DNA of 64,000 bases, taken from contig CAWJQQ010000001.1 in NCBI GenBank assembly GCA_963845065.1, positions 992,001 to 1,056,000 on the forward strand, given 5' to 3'. Positions 31,369 through 40,790 of the stretch are shown here, in pieces. The translations under genes and the position numbers were made by a program. The notes beneath the pieces are model-generated. The model saw nothing but the letters and a program-made list of their open reading frames with translations, was not told the origin of the DNA and did not search any database. The DNA is from Nitrospirota bacterium. GTDB lineage: Bacteria; Nitrospirota; UBA9217. How positions within the stretch are numbered: position 1 is the first letter of the stretch; the number at the start of each line of letters is the position of its first letter.

Positions 31369-32460
31369 ATGATCGTTACGTGCGATTGCGGCGCAAAACT
31401 CAAGATTGACGATGCGAAGCTTGCAGGTAGACGCATAAAAGTTCGTTGCCCGCGGTGCGGTAATGTACTGCCGGTGCAGAGTCCTTCACAGTCATTACCA
31501 GCGGAGTCGACCATCACAGGAAAAGCGCTGCGTCCTGCCCAGAACCCGTCAGGACCTTTAGTGCTGGTCGCCCATGACAGTGATGTGGTCAGGAATACGG
31601 TATGTGAAGTCTTGATCGGTGCAGGGTTTCAGGTTGATACAGCCGCTAACGGAATGGAAGCGCTTACCAAGGCGACTCAGATGATTCCCAGTGGTCTGGT
31701 GCTTGATGTGGGACTTGCCGGCAGTATTTACGGTTTCGAGGTCTGTGAACGGCTGAAGAATAGCCCAAAAACCAGCGGGATTAAAATTGTCCTGCTGTCC
31801 TCCGTATACGACATGCGACGGTATAAACGAACACCGATTAGCCTCTATGGTGCCGACGATTATATTGAGAAGCATCACATTCCGGACTTCCTGCCGAAGA
31901 AATTGCTCAGGCTCATATTCCCTGAAGAATTTGGAAATAAACAACCAAAGAGTACTATCCCGGGCCGTGAAGAACTTCCCGAAATGTCCAGACCACCGGC
32001 GAGGGAATTTATGCCCTCCTTGCTGAACCATATGGGCTTGCCGCAGACCAGTCGGGACTTCGCCAGTCCTGTACCTCACCGTGCAGCTATAGAGAAAACC
32101 GTAGCAGGGGACAGCCAGGAAGGCGCAGCTATATCGCCGGAATCGTTCAGCTTGGACGCCTCCATTTTCCAAAAAGAGGAGTGCGACATTCCCCGAGTTG
32201 ATGCAACGGACCCTGAGGCTGTGGAAAAAGCGCGACGGTTTGCCCGTATCATCGTTTCCGACATTGCCCTCTATAATCACGACCTCGTGGTCGAGGGGAT
32301 CACGAAGGGAACGTTTTATGAGTTACTGCAAAACGATGTTCAGGAAGGACGTGAATTGTTTGAGAAGCGTGTGCCTCCTGCAATCAGGACAAAAAAGGAT
32401 TACTATCAAGAGGCTTTCGATAATTTTCTCTCCGATGCAAAACAGAAGAATGTACGTTGA
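31369..32460 (+). CDS. Zinc-ribbon + response-regulator receiver protein
   Basis: C-x-C..CPRC zinc ribbon; receiver-like VLVAHD..LVLDV..YGADDYIEK; C-terminal ARRFARIIVSDIALYN domain. Confidence 0.85.
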   Translation: MIVTCDCGAKLKIDDAKLAGRRIKVRCPRCGNVLPVQSPSQSLPAESTITGKALRPAQNPSGPLVLVAHDSDVVRNTVCEVLIGAGFQVDTAANGMEALTKATQMIPSGLVLDVGLAGSIYGFEVCERLKNSPKTSGIKIVLLSSVYDMRRYKRTPISLYGADDYIEKHHIPDFLPKKLLRLIFPEEFGNKQPKSTIPGREELPEMSRPPAREFMPSLLNHMGLPQTSRDFASPVPHRAAIEKTVAGDSQEGAAISPESFSLDASIFQKEECDIPRVDATDPEAVEKARRFARIIVSDIALYNHDLVVEGITKGTFYELLQNDVQEGRELFEKRVPPAIRTKKDYYQEAFDNFLSDAKQKNVR

Positions 32461-32496
32461 CATACGAAATCAGTTTTAGTATAGTATACAAATTCG

Positions 32497-32574
<78 letters not shown>

Positions 32575-32589
32575 GTTTTTGAAATCATG

Positions 32590-33045
32590 ACAGAATACCT
32601 CGCGTTTTAACGCGGGGAAGAATGTCATCCTTGCTCAGGAGGTTATAAGGGGCGCTGGAAGTTCCCCTTATCCACCGAGGCGACAGAGTGGTACAATGAC
32701 CGAGTGGCTCTCCGGAGAACCAGTCATGCGGTCTATGACACTATGTATCACCTGGTTTGGTGTCCGAGAAATACGAGTACGATATTGAGGAGATGGAAGT
32801 TGCGAAAGATCACATCCGTATCTTTCTGTCGTTTCCGCCAAGATTCTCAATCAGTGATGTTGCAAAGATCCTGAAAAGTATCAGCCCCGCTAGCTGTTCC
32901 GGCATTACCCATCGATCAAGAAAAGGCTCTAGAAGGGTGGGCTGTGGGACGATGGGTAATTTATGCAGACAGTTGACGATAATTTAACCTCCGATATGGT
33001 CGAACGGTATATACGGCATCATCGAGACGAGAAGCAATTTACTTT
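32590..33045 (+). pseudogene. IS200/IS605 TnpA (Y1 HUH) remnant
   Basis: Hairpin end CTCGCGTTTTAACGCGGG; fragments SHAVYDTMYHLVWCP and IEEMEVAKDHIRIFLSFPPRFSISD..LKSIS with frameshifts. Confidence 0.8.
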
Positions 33046-33241
33046 TCGCATGCGTACACTCGCGAGTAGGAATGAAGTAGTATTGTTATGATTGCTCGTT
33101 TAGCATGCAGGAAATGACTGGTAGTTATATCATTAAAAGACTGAATCATCGCAAAAACAGAGATGCACGCATCAATTCTGGTATTTACATAAACAGAAAA
33201 ATCGGTGCGACCTCTAATTTTTCCAACCCCACGAGGTTTTC

Positions 33242-34213
33242 ATGAACGAGAGGGAACGGTCGGTTGATGATTTGATGGGCGCCGAGCCCTACGGCGACGA
33301 GAACGAGGAAAAAGAAGAGGAAAGCAGAGGAAGCAGTACTGAGGAATCTGCCGAAGCTGCGTCCGAGAGCGGCTCGGGGCAGAAGGGCCTCGATGCAATT
33401 AAGTATTATCTCAAAGAAATCCGCAAGACCCCCCTTCTTACGTTTGAACAGGAGCAGGAACTCGCCAAGCGGATCGCACAGGGCGATCAAGAAGCGCGCG
33501 CCAAAATGATTGAGGCGAACCTCCGTCTCGTCGTCGCCATCGGCAAGAAGTATATAAATCGCGGCTTGCAGTTCTCAGATATCATCGAAGAGGGTAACCT
33601 TGGCTTGATCCGGGCTGTCGAAAAATTCCAATACCAACGTGGCTTCAAGTTCAGCACCTACGCATCGTGGTGGATCAAACAGGCCATTGAACGCGCGATT
33701 GTTAACCAGACGCGCACCATCCGTCTGCCTGTCCATATAGCCGAGATTGTCAATTCCTATTTGCGAGCTACCCGTCAGCTTACCCAGAGTCTTGGGCGTG
33801 ATCCACAGATAGAAGAAATCGCAAAAAAAATGAAAGTCACCGTGGAGAAGGTGAGGAGTATATCTCAGGTGGTGCGCGAGACCTATTCACTGGATATGCT
33901 CATAGGGGATCAAGAAGAGGATACACTAAAGGACATCCTTCAGGACAACAACGCACTTTCCCCGGCAACATTCTCCGACGAGATACGGCGACGAGAATAC
34001 ATCGACGAATGGCTCCAGCAACTATCGGTGAGTGAGCGCAAAGTTATCGAGATGCGGTTCGGTTTTGTGGATGGCGAGCCGAAGACTCTAGACAGCATAG
34101 GTAAGGAGTTCGGGATTACCAGGGAGCGCGTCAGACAGATTGAAACACAGGCCCTTAATAAATTGCGGGCTATAACTAAGCGAAAAAAGATTGATCTGGA
34201 AGAAATGCTGTAG
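33242..34213 (+). CDS. RNA polymerase sigma-70 factor (RpoS/RpoD-like, lacking region 1.1)
   Basis: [53 protein letters not shown]. Confidence 0.93.
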   Translation: MNERERSVDDLMGAEPYGDENEEKEEESRGSSTEESAEAASESGSGQKGLDAIKYYLKEIRKTPLLTFEQEQELAKRIAQGDQEARAKMIEANLRLVVAIGKKYINRGLQFSDIIEEGNLGLIRAVEKFQYQRGFKFSTYASWWIKQAIERAIVNQTRTIRLPVHIAEIVNSYLRATRQLTQSLGRDPQIEEIAKKMKVTVEKVRSISQVVRETYSLDMLIGDQEEDTLKDILQDNNALSPATFSDEIRRREYIDEWLQQLSVSERKVIEMRFGFVDGEPKTLDSIGKEFGITRERVRQIETQALNKLRAITKRKKIDLEEML

Positions 34214-34289
34214 GTGTTGCCGAGCGCTGATGTCTCGAATTGTGTTTGCAAAAGCGACAATCCTCAATCAGCAAACCATAATTGAATTC

Positions 34290-34366
34290 GCCCCTGTAGC
34301 TCAGGTGGATAGAGCAGCGGTTTCCTAAACCGCGTGCCGCGTGTTCGAATCACGCCAGGGGCACCA
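34290..34366 (+). tRNA. tRNA-Arg(CCT)
   Basis: Acceptor GCCCCTG/CAGGGGC, anticodon arm GCGGT-TTCCTAA-ACCGC, TTCGAAT T-loop, CCA. Confidence 0.97.
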
Positions 34367-34382
34367 ATAAAATCAATGAGTT

Positions 34383-34414
34383 AAGGCTTATTCAAGAATG
34401 AATAGGCCTTTTTT
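34383..34414 (+). terminator. Intrinsic terminator after tRNA-Arg
   Basis: AAGGCTTATTCA-AGAA-TGAATAGGCCTT stem followed by a T run. Confidence 0.7.
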
Positions 34415-35240
34415 AAATCAATAATGTGGCAGAAATGTGGCAGAAGCTGTATGTAAATATAAATAAATTAAAGTAAAAAAACTATGATATTAGCAACTTG
34501 ATGCATGGGGCTGCGGTTGTCACGACCGCATATCTATATATTTATATGAATTTTTTTTGCCTTATCATCATTAAGTGTTTATAAAAGGTGGTTAATTTTT
34601 GTGGCTGATTTGTTTCGATGTTACGTCCATAGAAATATCATTGGAAATGTCCGAGCAAGATTACATACTTTTATAGCGCTACGAGCTAAGATTCCTTCCG
34701 GTAAAAGATCCAACTTCACTCAGCCCTGCACTTTGTCAGATATCATCAAAGAGCGAACCGCTTCGCGCGAACTAAATCGACTTCATTACAGCGGTTGATC
34801 CCGTATCAAATAACTCATCCATGTAAGAAGAAATACTCTAAGAGGAATAGGATATCAGATACTATTAGCATTAGTGACATCATGCACGAGATTCTATTTG
34901 TATTGTGCAATCTATGGTCTATTTGTGAAAATGGTGAATCCATCCTTTTATGTTAAAAGTCAAGCCTCGGGATGGGCTGGCCGACAGGTTTTCCCCTGTT
35001 TTCTATTTATTTTCGTTAATGGTCATTAAAAGTGTACCAGTCGGGGGGATTCCCGCTGCGTTGATCGTTTGTGAGATTTTTGCTTGTTGGGACAGAAATC
35101 GGTTCTCACAAATGCCCCAGGATCGATTTTCCCGGGGCAGTCCATATCGTGATACCCCCCCTGTAGGATCCCTTTCTCGGGATTTGTACGCAGAACGAGC
35201 AAATCTTTAAAACCACGCTTTTATCAGCAGACATGCCTAC

Positions 35241-36542
35241 ATCATAAAAGCAGCTGCATTTCCTTGTCATGTATTAAAGTTGTGGGTCCGCAGTCTGTAG
35301 TTGTGCAGACACGCTTTATTAGCCGGCTGCAGGATGAAGAAGCGGTACCCACGATGAAACAGGTCGTAAGATCGGTCGTCCTAACGTGATCCCATTCTTA
35401 TTGTATGACCGCAGGCACATACTCCTTCTGATTCTTCAGGACGTATCTGATGCGGTTCAAGAGTTTTCTTGCGATATGAATGATGGCCCGTGTTGGTGGC
35501 ATGTTTTTAGTGAGGCGTTCATAAGTCATCAGCAACGCCGGGTCTTTCCGTACTGCAATCCACGAGCTTTCAATAATCAAGTGTCGAAGTATTTTGTTGC
35601 GTCGGTCGGTAATGCCTGTTGTAGTGTCCTTCTCTCCACTGGAGTCCGTGTTGGGAATGAGGCCAACATAACTCGCGAGTTTGTCGAGTGATCGAAACCG
35701 ATCGATATTGCACAGCTCTGTGAGAAACGTCATGCCGGTGAGTGTGCTGATCCCGATTACGGATTTTAATAACCGCGCATTTATCCGATATTCATCGGAG
35801 CGAGAGAGCGCACGAATGTTCCGGTTCAATTCGACAATGATCCCACGGATATGGTGCAATTCATGGAGATACACCTTAAAGGCGATATTGCCACTTGCCT
35901 TTTCCATCCGGATCCTCAAGCCATTTAATAAATTTGCTTGACCAGTTACGGTGAACAATATCTGTTGGGAGATGAATGCCATAAAAAGCGAGCATGGACT
36001 TGATCTGGTTCTTGCAACGGGTCTGCTTCTTGACCATGTTTCGTCGGGTTCTGAGCAAACTGCGATCTTCGATTATTAGCCGAGTGGGAACATAAATTCC
36101 TTCGAGTTCTCCGTTTCTATGGCTGCGGGCAAGTTTGCGGCAATCTACCTTATCTCTTTTGCCTTTCCGTTCTTTGTCTTTTGTCGGGACATCAGCAGGA
36201 TTTACTACTATGCATTCGATACCTTTTTCTCGTAACTGGTCATGGATCCAGAATCCGGAATAGCCAGCCTCATAAACAGCGTGGTAGATTGCACCAGGGA
36301 AATTCCGCTTCAAGTAGTTGGCAAGGACCGATGGATCCGGCGGTTGTGAAAAGGTCTTATGTTCAAAGTGATGAGTCAAGATGCATACACTCCAATTTTT
36401 TTTATGAACGTCCAAGCCGATATAAATGTGTTGACCGCTGAAATCGAGTTTGCTAATGTTAGTCATGGCAAGTCTCCTTTCGGTTTATTTTTGCCTTCCT
36501 AACGAAAATATACCTTAAGTCAGACTTGCCTTTTAATCATAA
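35241..36542 (-). mobile_element. IS110-family element
   Basis: Transposase flanked by ATCATAA at 35241-35247 and 36536-36542; ~150-bp non-coding 3' end; boundaries inferred. Confidence 0.75.
35398..36466 (-). pseudogene. IS110 transposase split by one frameshift near 35915
   Basis: N-part IGLDVHK, YEAG, K.DKVD (DEDD); C-part GIS, RF, YVGLIP..SSG; KWLE joins IRMEK only after a frame change. Confidence 0.9.
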
Positions 36543-36636
36543 GGTCTGTAGTGTTGGAGTTTACATATCTGGCAACAACTTCAATTATCAACCTGAACCT
36601 GTTAGCGAGTACCCCAAAATTACCCCATCGAAGTCA

Positions 36637-36708
36637 TTGACACCACCGTGAATCAGGCATATATTCGTCGCATAATGTAACAATAAGAATTACGGGCATT
36701 TTTCTTGC
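36637..36708 (+). promoter_or_regulatory. Repeated sigma-70 promoter module, copy 1
   Basis: TTGACA-17-TATATT followed by CATAATGTAACAATA..ATTACGG.CATTTTTCTTGC, shared with copy 2. Confidence 0.65.
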
Positions 36709-36876
36709 GACCAGCAATAGGAAAGTTTATTTCTAAAGTCGCTACCACCGAAAACCTGTTGTTTCCAACTTGGTCCCTAACTTGACAATTATTAGTCATA
36801 CCTCAAGGTCTTGATTAGGTTGCCGAGGTTACAGCTGCATCTCGTGGAGTAAAAGAATGCGCTCGTTTTTACCTTT

Positions 36877-37440
36877 ATGGTTATTTTTATTACTAATAGT
36901 TTTTTTTACTCGGATGTAATAAAGAACAAAACAAATACGCTGTCGGTAAATTCAACAAATCCCGCAACCATTTTTATAAGCGAAGGTAACAAACTTGTTG
37001 ATCAGCGGGACTATTCACACGCTTTAGAGAAGTATTATGCGGCTTTAAAACTCGATCCAAATTGCTTCCTATGCTATTACAAACTGGGAAGAGTCTATTG
37101 GATTTTGCGCGATTATGGCAGCTCTGTAAGCTGTCTTGAAGCAGCAATACGGCTTAATCCGAAATGGTCTTTGCCTTACGAAACTCTCGGCGACATATTT
37201 TTAAAATCTAAACTATATTTCCCAAATAGATTAAACAAAGCCGCTGAAAACTATAAGAGAGCTATTGAGCTGGAACCATCCAGAATGGAACTTCGTCTTA
37301 GGCTGGCGCAGTGTTATGAAAATGGAGGAGAAGCGGAGAAAGCCGCGAAAGAGTATGAAACAATTCTGAGCATAGATCCGAAAAATTCTGCCGCAATTAG
37401 TTCTTTAGAAAAGCTGAGAAACAAAGTCGTCCCGAGGTGA
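36877..37440 (+). CDS. TPR-repeat protein
   Basis: Repeated A..L.P and Y..LG TPR patterns (ALKLDP, AIRLNP, AIELEP, ILSIDP). Confidence 0.85.
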   Translation: MVIFITNSFFYSDVIKNKTNTLSVNSTNPATIFISEGNKLVDQRDYSHALEKYYAALKLDPNCFLCYYKLGRVYWILRDYGSSVSCLEAAIRLNPKWSLPYETLGDIFLKSKLYFPNRLNKAAENYKRAIELEPSRMELRLRLAQCYENGGEAEKAAKEYETILSIDPKNSAAISSLEKLRNKVVPR

Positions 37441-37493
37441 AATGGCTGTTCATGAAACAGAACAAGAACTTTACAGCAATGCCTGGCGAGGTA

Positions 37494-37553
37494 TTCTAAC
37501 CATTCGGATCGAGAGGGTCGTGAAAACCGCGCTCCTCAGCCGAGCCGTTAGTC
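37494..37553 (+). repeat. attC-like integron cassette recombination site
   Basis: TTCTAAC...GTTAGTC ends, 60 bp, imperfect internal palindrome (TCGG/CCGA, GAG/CTC), just downstream of an ORF. Confidence 0.5.
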
Positions 37554-37567
37554 ATCGGAGGTACCAT

Positions 37568-37766
37568 TGTTTCCCTCAGTCGGAAATGGACAGTGTAGCC
37601 GTCTGAGTTAAGGGTTGTCCGGATGCCCCTGGTTGGGCGTTCTTCTCATATGCCTGCTGCCTCTTGATTCGGCGCTGTTCCCGGGCAGCTTCAAGCTTTT
37701 GGTCCCGTTCTTTGAAAATCTCTTCGGCCTTGCCGTTCAGTTTGTCAGCCGGGGCGATGTAGCCGA
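37568..37766 (-). pseudogene. IS3-family 3' remnant (transposase C-terminus plus right end)
   Basis: Minus strand reads GYIAPADKLNGKAEEIFKERDQKLEAAREQRR...; ends in TGTCCATTTCCGACTGAGGGAAACA. Confidence 0.7.
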
Positions 37767-37826
37767 GGGAAAAGAGATAGTCGCTATGCTACCAATAAAT
37801 AAGGCAAAATAGCATGTATGAGTTTT

Positions 37827-37896
37827 TTGACCTCACGGGAAGTCAGGTATATATTCATGACATAATGTAACAATACCATTACGGCATTTTTCTTGC
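37827..37896 (+). promoter_or_regulatory. Repeated sigma-70 promoter module, copy 2
   Basis: TTGACC-17-TATATT with the same downstream tract as copy 1. Confidence 0.65.
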
Positions 37897-38015
37897 TAAA
37901 CTCATCAACAACAGTTTTTACGAATTAGCGGGGCGATTTCGTCCCATCGTACACTGGTTAGGCGAAGGCTGGCGTTGTGACATGCCCTGGACTTCGAGCT
38001 GAGGAAAAATATTCT

Positions 38016-38513
38016 ATGTTGGATCAATGGAATAACTTCTTTGTTATGGTAGGCGGCGGCGCGGCGGCGCTTGCAGGGTTGATTTTCGTCGCGATGTCGA
38101 TCAATCCCATTATCATCTTCCGGAACTCAACACATAAGAACCGGGCAATTAACATGCTTTCGGGCTTTACCGCAGTCTTCATGGCATGCAGTTTTGCGCT
38201 TATTGGGAATCAACATCTTGTGGCACTCGGCCTAGAGTGGTTTGCTCTCTGGCTGATCGCGACAGTCATTTTTGTTAGGGGCTATATTAGAGCAATCGAA
38301 GCGGGCATGAGTTCTATTGGATTGAGCCTGCCGCGACTTGCGGGCGGCACTATTTGCTACCTTGCTGAAGTTGTAGGCGCAATTCTCCTAATTTCTGGAC
38401 GTAGCGCCGGGCTTTACATTGCAGCTATCGCAACCGTTGTTTTATTTGGGTTCCTCATTTCTGGCGCGTGGCTCCTTATGATCGGCATCCATGAAGACCA
38501 AGCTAAACGATAA
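38016..38513 (+). CDS. Hypothetical membrane protein
   Basis: W.NFF..GG.AAALAGLIFVA.S N-terminus, ~5 transmembrane helices, AW.L C-terminus; GAGG RBS. Confidence 0.8.
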   Translation: MLDQWNNFFVMVGGGAAALAGLIFVAMSINPIIIFRNSTHKNRAINMLSGFTAVFMACSFALIGNQHLVALGLEWFALWLIATVIFVRGYIRAIEAGMSSIGLSLPRLAGGTICYLAEVVGAILLISGRSAGLYIAAIATVVLFGFLISGAWLLMIGIHEDQAKR

Positions 38514-39451
38514 TGGCACGGAGCAAAATTATTGTATCGGCCCGTTGTTCGCAGATGAAGTATCGAATTCCGCCTAACCAGCCGCCAGAGCAAACGCCAG
38601 CAGGAGCTAATACCCACACTTACGTCAGAAAGAAATTCAAACATATTGTCGGCTATATTCTTACCGACGGGCATAAAGCGCCGAAAGTTGTCGAGGGTGT
38701 TGCAACCGATATAGATCTCATAAACGACTTCAAAAAATATTTCAAACTTAAACAAAGCGCAACCTAACAGGCGGGGTCCGTAGCGTCCCACAGAATGCTG
38801 GCGCGTGACCTGCGTCGTTGTGTAAGCTTCAATCTGTCGCGCCAGGTCAAGCCTGGGAAAGGAGAACGACCAGAAACCGAAACCTTTCGTAGTGATTCTG
38901 TAGGTAACCAATCCTACCTGGCAAAGCCTGGTGAGCAGCCAGAAGCGAGTCTTGCATGCGCATAGGTGATTATGTGTGTGAAGCGTAGACAGCTACTGCA
39001 AAAGCCGTGTCATTGAGCCCCGAAATAGCCTTGTGGGAGTTTTCGTTTTCAGATTGACGGGAACAGCATCGATCATGCAGTACTGACCTTACATGATCGG
39101 TCCTACCGGGGTCAAAGAGCAGGGCAAATGCAGAGAAGGGTCACCCAGGAACCTGGGAGGTCTTGCCAACTCCGTCTTTGAAATACCGGTGGGGATAACG
39201 GAACGAATAACTCCAGGCCTCAAATGTCTGCGCTGAGACGTGTGAGGAGGTGCTTAAGGGCACGAAACGAAACGATCAGCGCGAAGGACGGTATCGCCAA
39301 CTGAAGGAAACGAAAGACGGCGAGATGGGAAGCAAGATGTCGTAGCGCCCTCATAGTACCGGTGAAGCAGGGGAACGAATCCCATCGGACCCTGTCGAGG
39401 TAAGGGGGGCGTCGTGTTGTAGAACCGTTGAGGGGAAAGACAGAGGATGCG

Positions 39452-40117
39452 ATGGAATCCGGAAATACAGTCTACACGAAACAGCAACGGATAGCAGAAC
39501 TTGCGAGGATTCACCCTGATGTGAGTTTTACGTCTCTAGCCCACCATATTGATTTAGTGTGGCTCTATGAAGCATTCGGGCGAACGCGAAAGGATGGAGC
39601 ACCGGGAATAGATAAGCAGACCGCAGAAGAGTACGAGAAGGAGTTGAATGCGAATTTGCGGTCACTTCTGGAACGTGCCAAGTCGGGAAAGTACTTTGCG
39701 CCGCCGGTGTTGCGGGCGCATATCCCGAAAGATCCGGCAAAGAAGGAAACCCGTCCTATCGGTATACCGACGTTCGAGGATAAGGTGCTTCAGAGAGCCT
39801 GGCAGATGGTGCTGGAGCCTCTCTATGAACAGGAATTTCTGGACTGCTCATATGGGTTCCGGACGGGGCGTTCGGCCCACGACGCGCTGCAATCGTTGTG
39901 GACGCAGATGATGGACATAGGCGGATGCTGGATCATCGATTTGGATATTCGGAAGTTTTTCGATACGATGGTTCACGAACACATCAGGAAAAATTCTCAA
40001 AAGGCGGGTGAGTGACGGAGTAATAACGAGACTCATAGGGAAGTGGTTAAGGGCCGGTGTATGGGAGGCAGGAAACATCAGTTACCCAGAAAAGGGTACT
40101 CCTCAAGGCGGCGTGAT
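39452..40117 (+). pseudogene. ltrA: Group II intron RT/maturase, 5' part (+1 frameshift in the A5 run 39989-39993)
   Basis: [30 protein letters not shown]; after the shift, [16 protein letters not shown]. Confidence 0.9.
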
Positions 40118-40206
40118 TACTCCACCAACACAATAGCTAACTTCGAGTTTGATGCCGTTTTCCCATACAATAGAAGCTGGAATAATACAAGAAGATGGAA
40201 TAATAC

Positions 40207-40235
40207 TTGACATATGACATAAAAGGTAGTATTCT
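40207..40235 (+). promoter_or_regulatory. Sigma-70 promoter of the recombinase element
   Basis: TTGACA-17-TATTCT; TGACATA tandem repeat overlaps the -35. Confidence 0.65.
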
Positions 40236-40243
40236 TATGACAA

Positions 40244-40582
40244 ATGAAAAGATCTCCAAATTCAGAGTTAGCCAAACGCACCAATGCGGCGATGTCTTTA
40301 TTGGAAGAGGGCGCGGGCAACGACGAAATCATATCAGCGTTAATGAATCGGTTCGGAGTTTCACGGAGACAAGCATACCGATACATTCAAGATGCGGTGA
40401 GATTAAAACACCAGGTACCAATCCCGGAGCAGAAGATAGTTTTTACGGTAAAGCTTCCCAAGAGTCTGGTTTCTTTTCTACGGCACTTCGCCGATTCCAC
40501 GGGAGATTCCTTAAGCAATATCGTTACACACGCCTTGACGTCATTTCTCAAGAGAAAAGGGCATGGCCGAGAGACATTGTGA
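40244..40582 (+). CDS. Putative HTH + ribbon-helix-helix DNA-binding protein
   Basis: FGVSRRQAYRY HTH-like segment; FTVKLPKSL..SLSNIVTHAL RHH-like segment. Confidence 0.7.
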   Translation: MKRSPNSELAKRTNAAMSLLEEGAGNDEIISALMNRFGVSRRQAYRYIQDAVRLKHQVPIPEQKIVFTVKLPKSLVSFLRHFADSTGDSLSNIVTHALTSFLKRKGHGRETL

Positions 40583-40790
40583 AAGACAAGTTCAGATGCT
40601 TTATGCCTATGATCGCTTGGGCGATTGTAAGATTTCCCAAGTTTACAAATTGTTGGTTCCTGAGAGAATTCGGGTCTGCGGTGGAAGCGAACCACCTATA
40701 GCGGAAAGAGGAGATCGCGAGAGTGAAGACAGCGGCGATTTATGCGCGGGTGTCGTCGGAGAGGCAAAAGGAAGAACAAACCATAGGTAG
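40563..40790 (+). CDS. Small hypothetical protein overlapping both neighbours
   Basis: ATG with a purine-rich upstream sequence; sits in operon position between the regulator and the recombinase. Confidence 0.45.
   Translation: MAERHCERQVQMLYAYDRLGDCKISQVYKLLVPERIRVCGGSEPPIAERGDRESEDSGDLCAGVVGEAKGRTNHR

Noticed and set aside
39989..39993. Programmed frameshift in the intron 1 RT
   Set aside because: A single extra A in a short homopolymer is more simply decay after inactivation or a sequencing error.
40207..40701. 164-aa ORF in the recombinase element
   Set aside because: It starts at the TTG of the -35 box and overlaps the more protein-like HTH-RHH frame.
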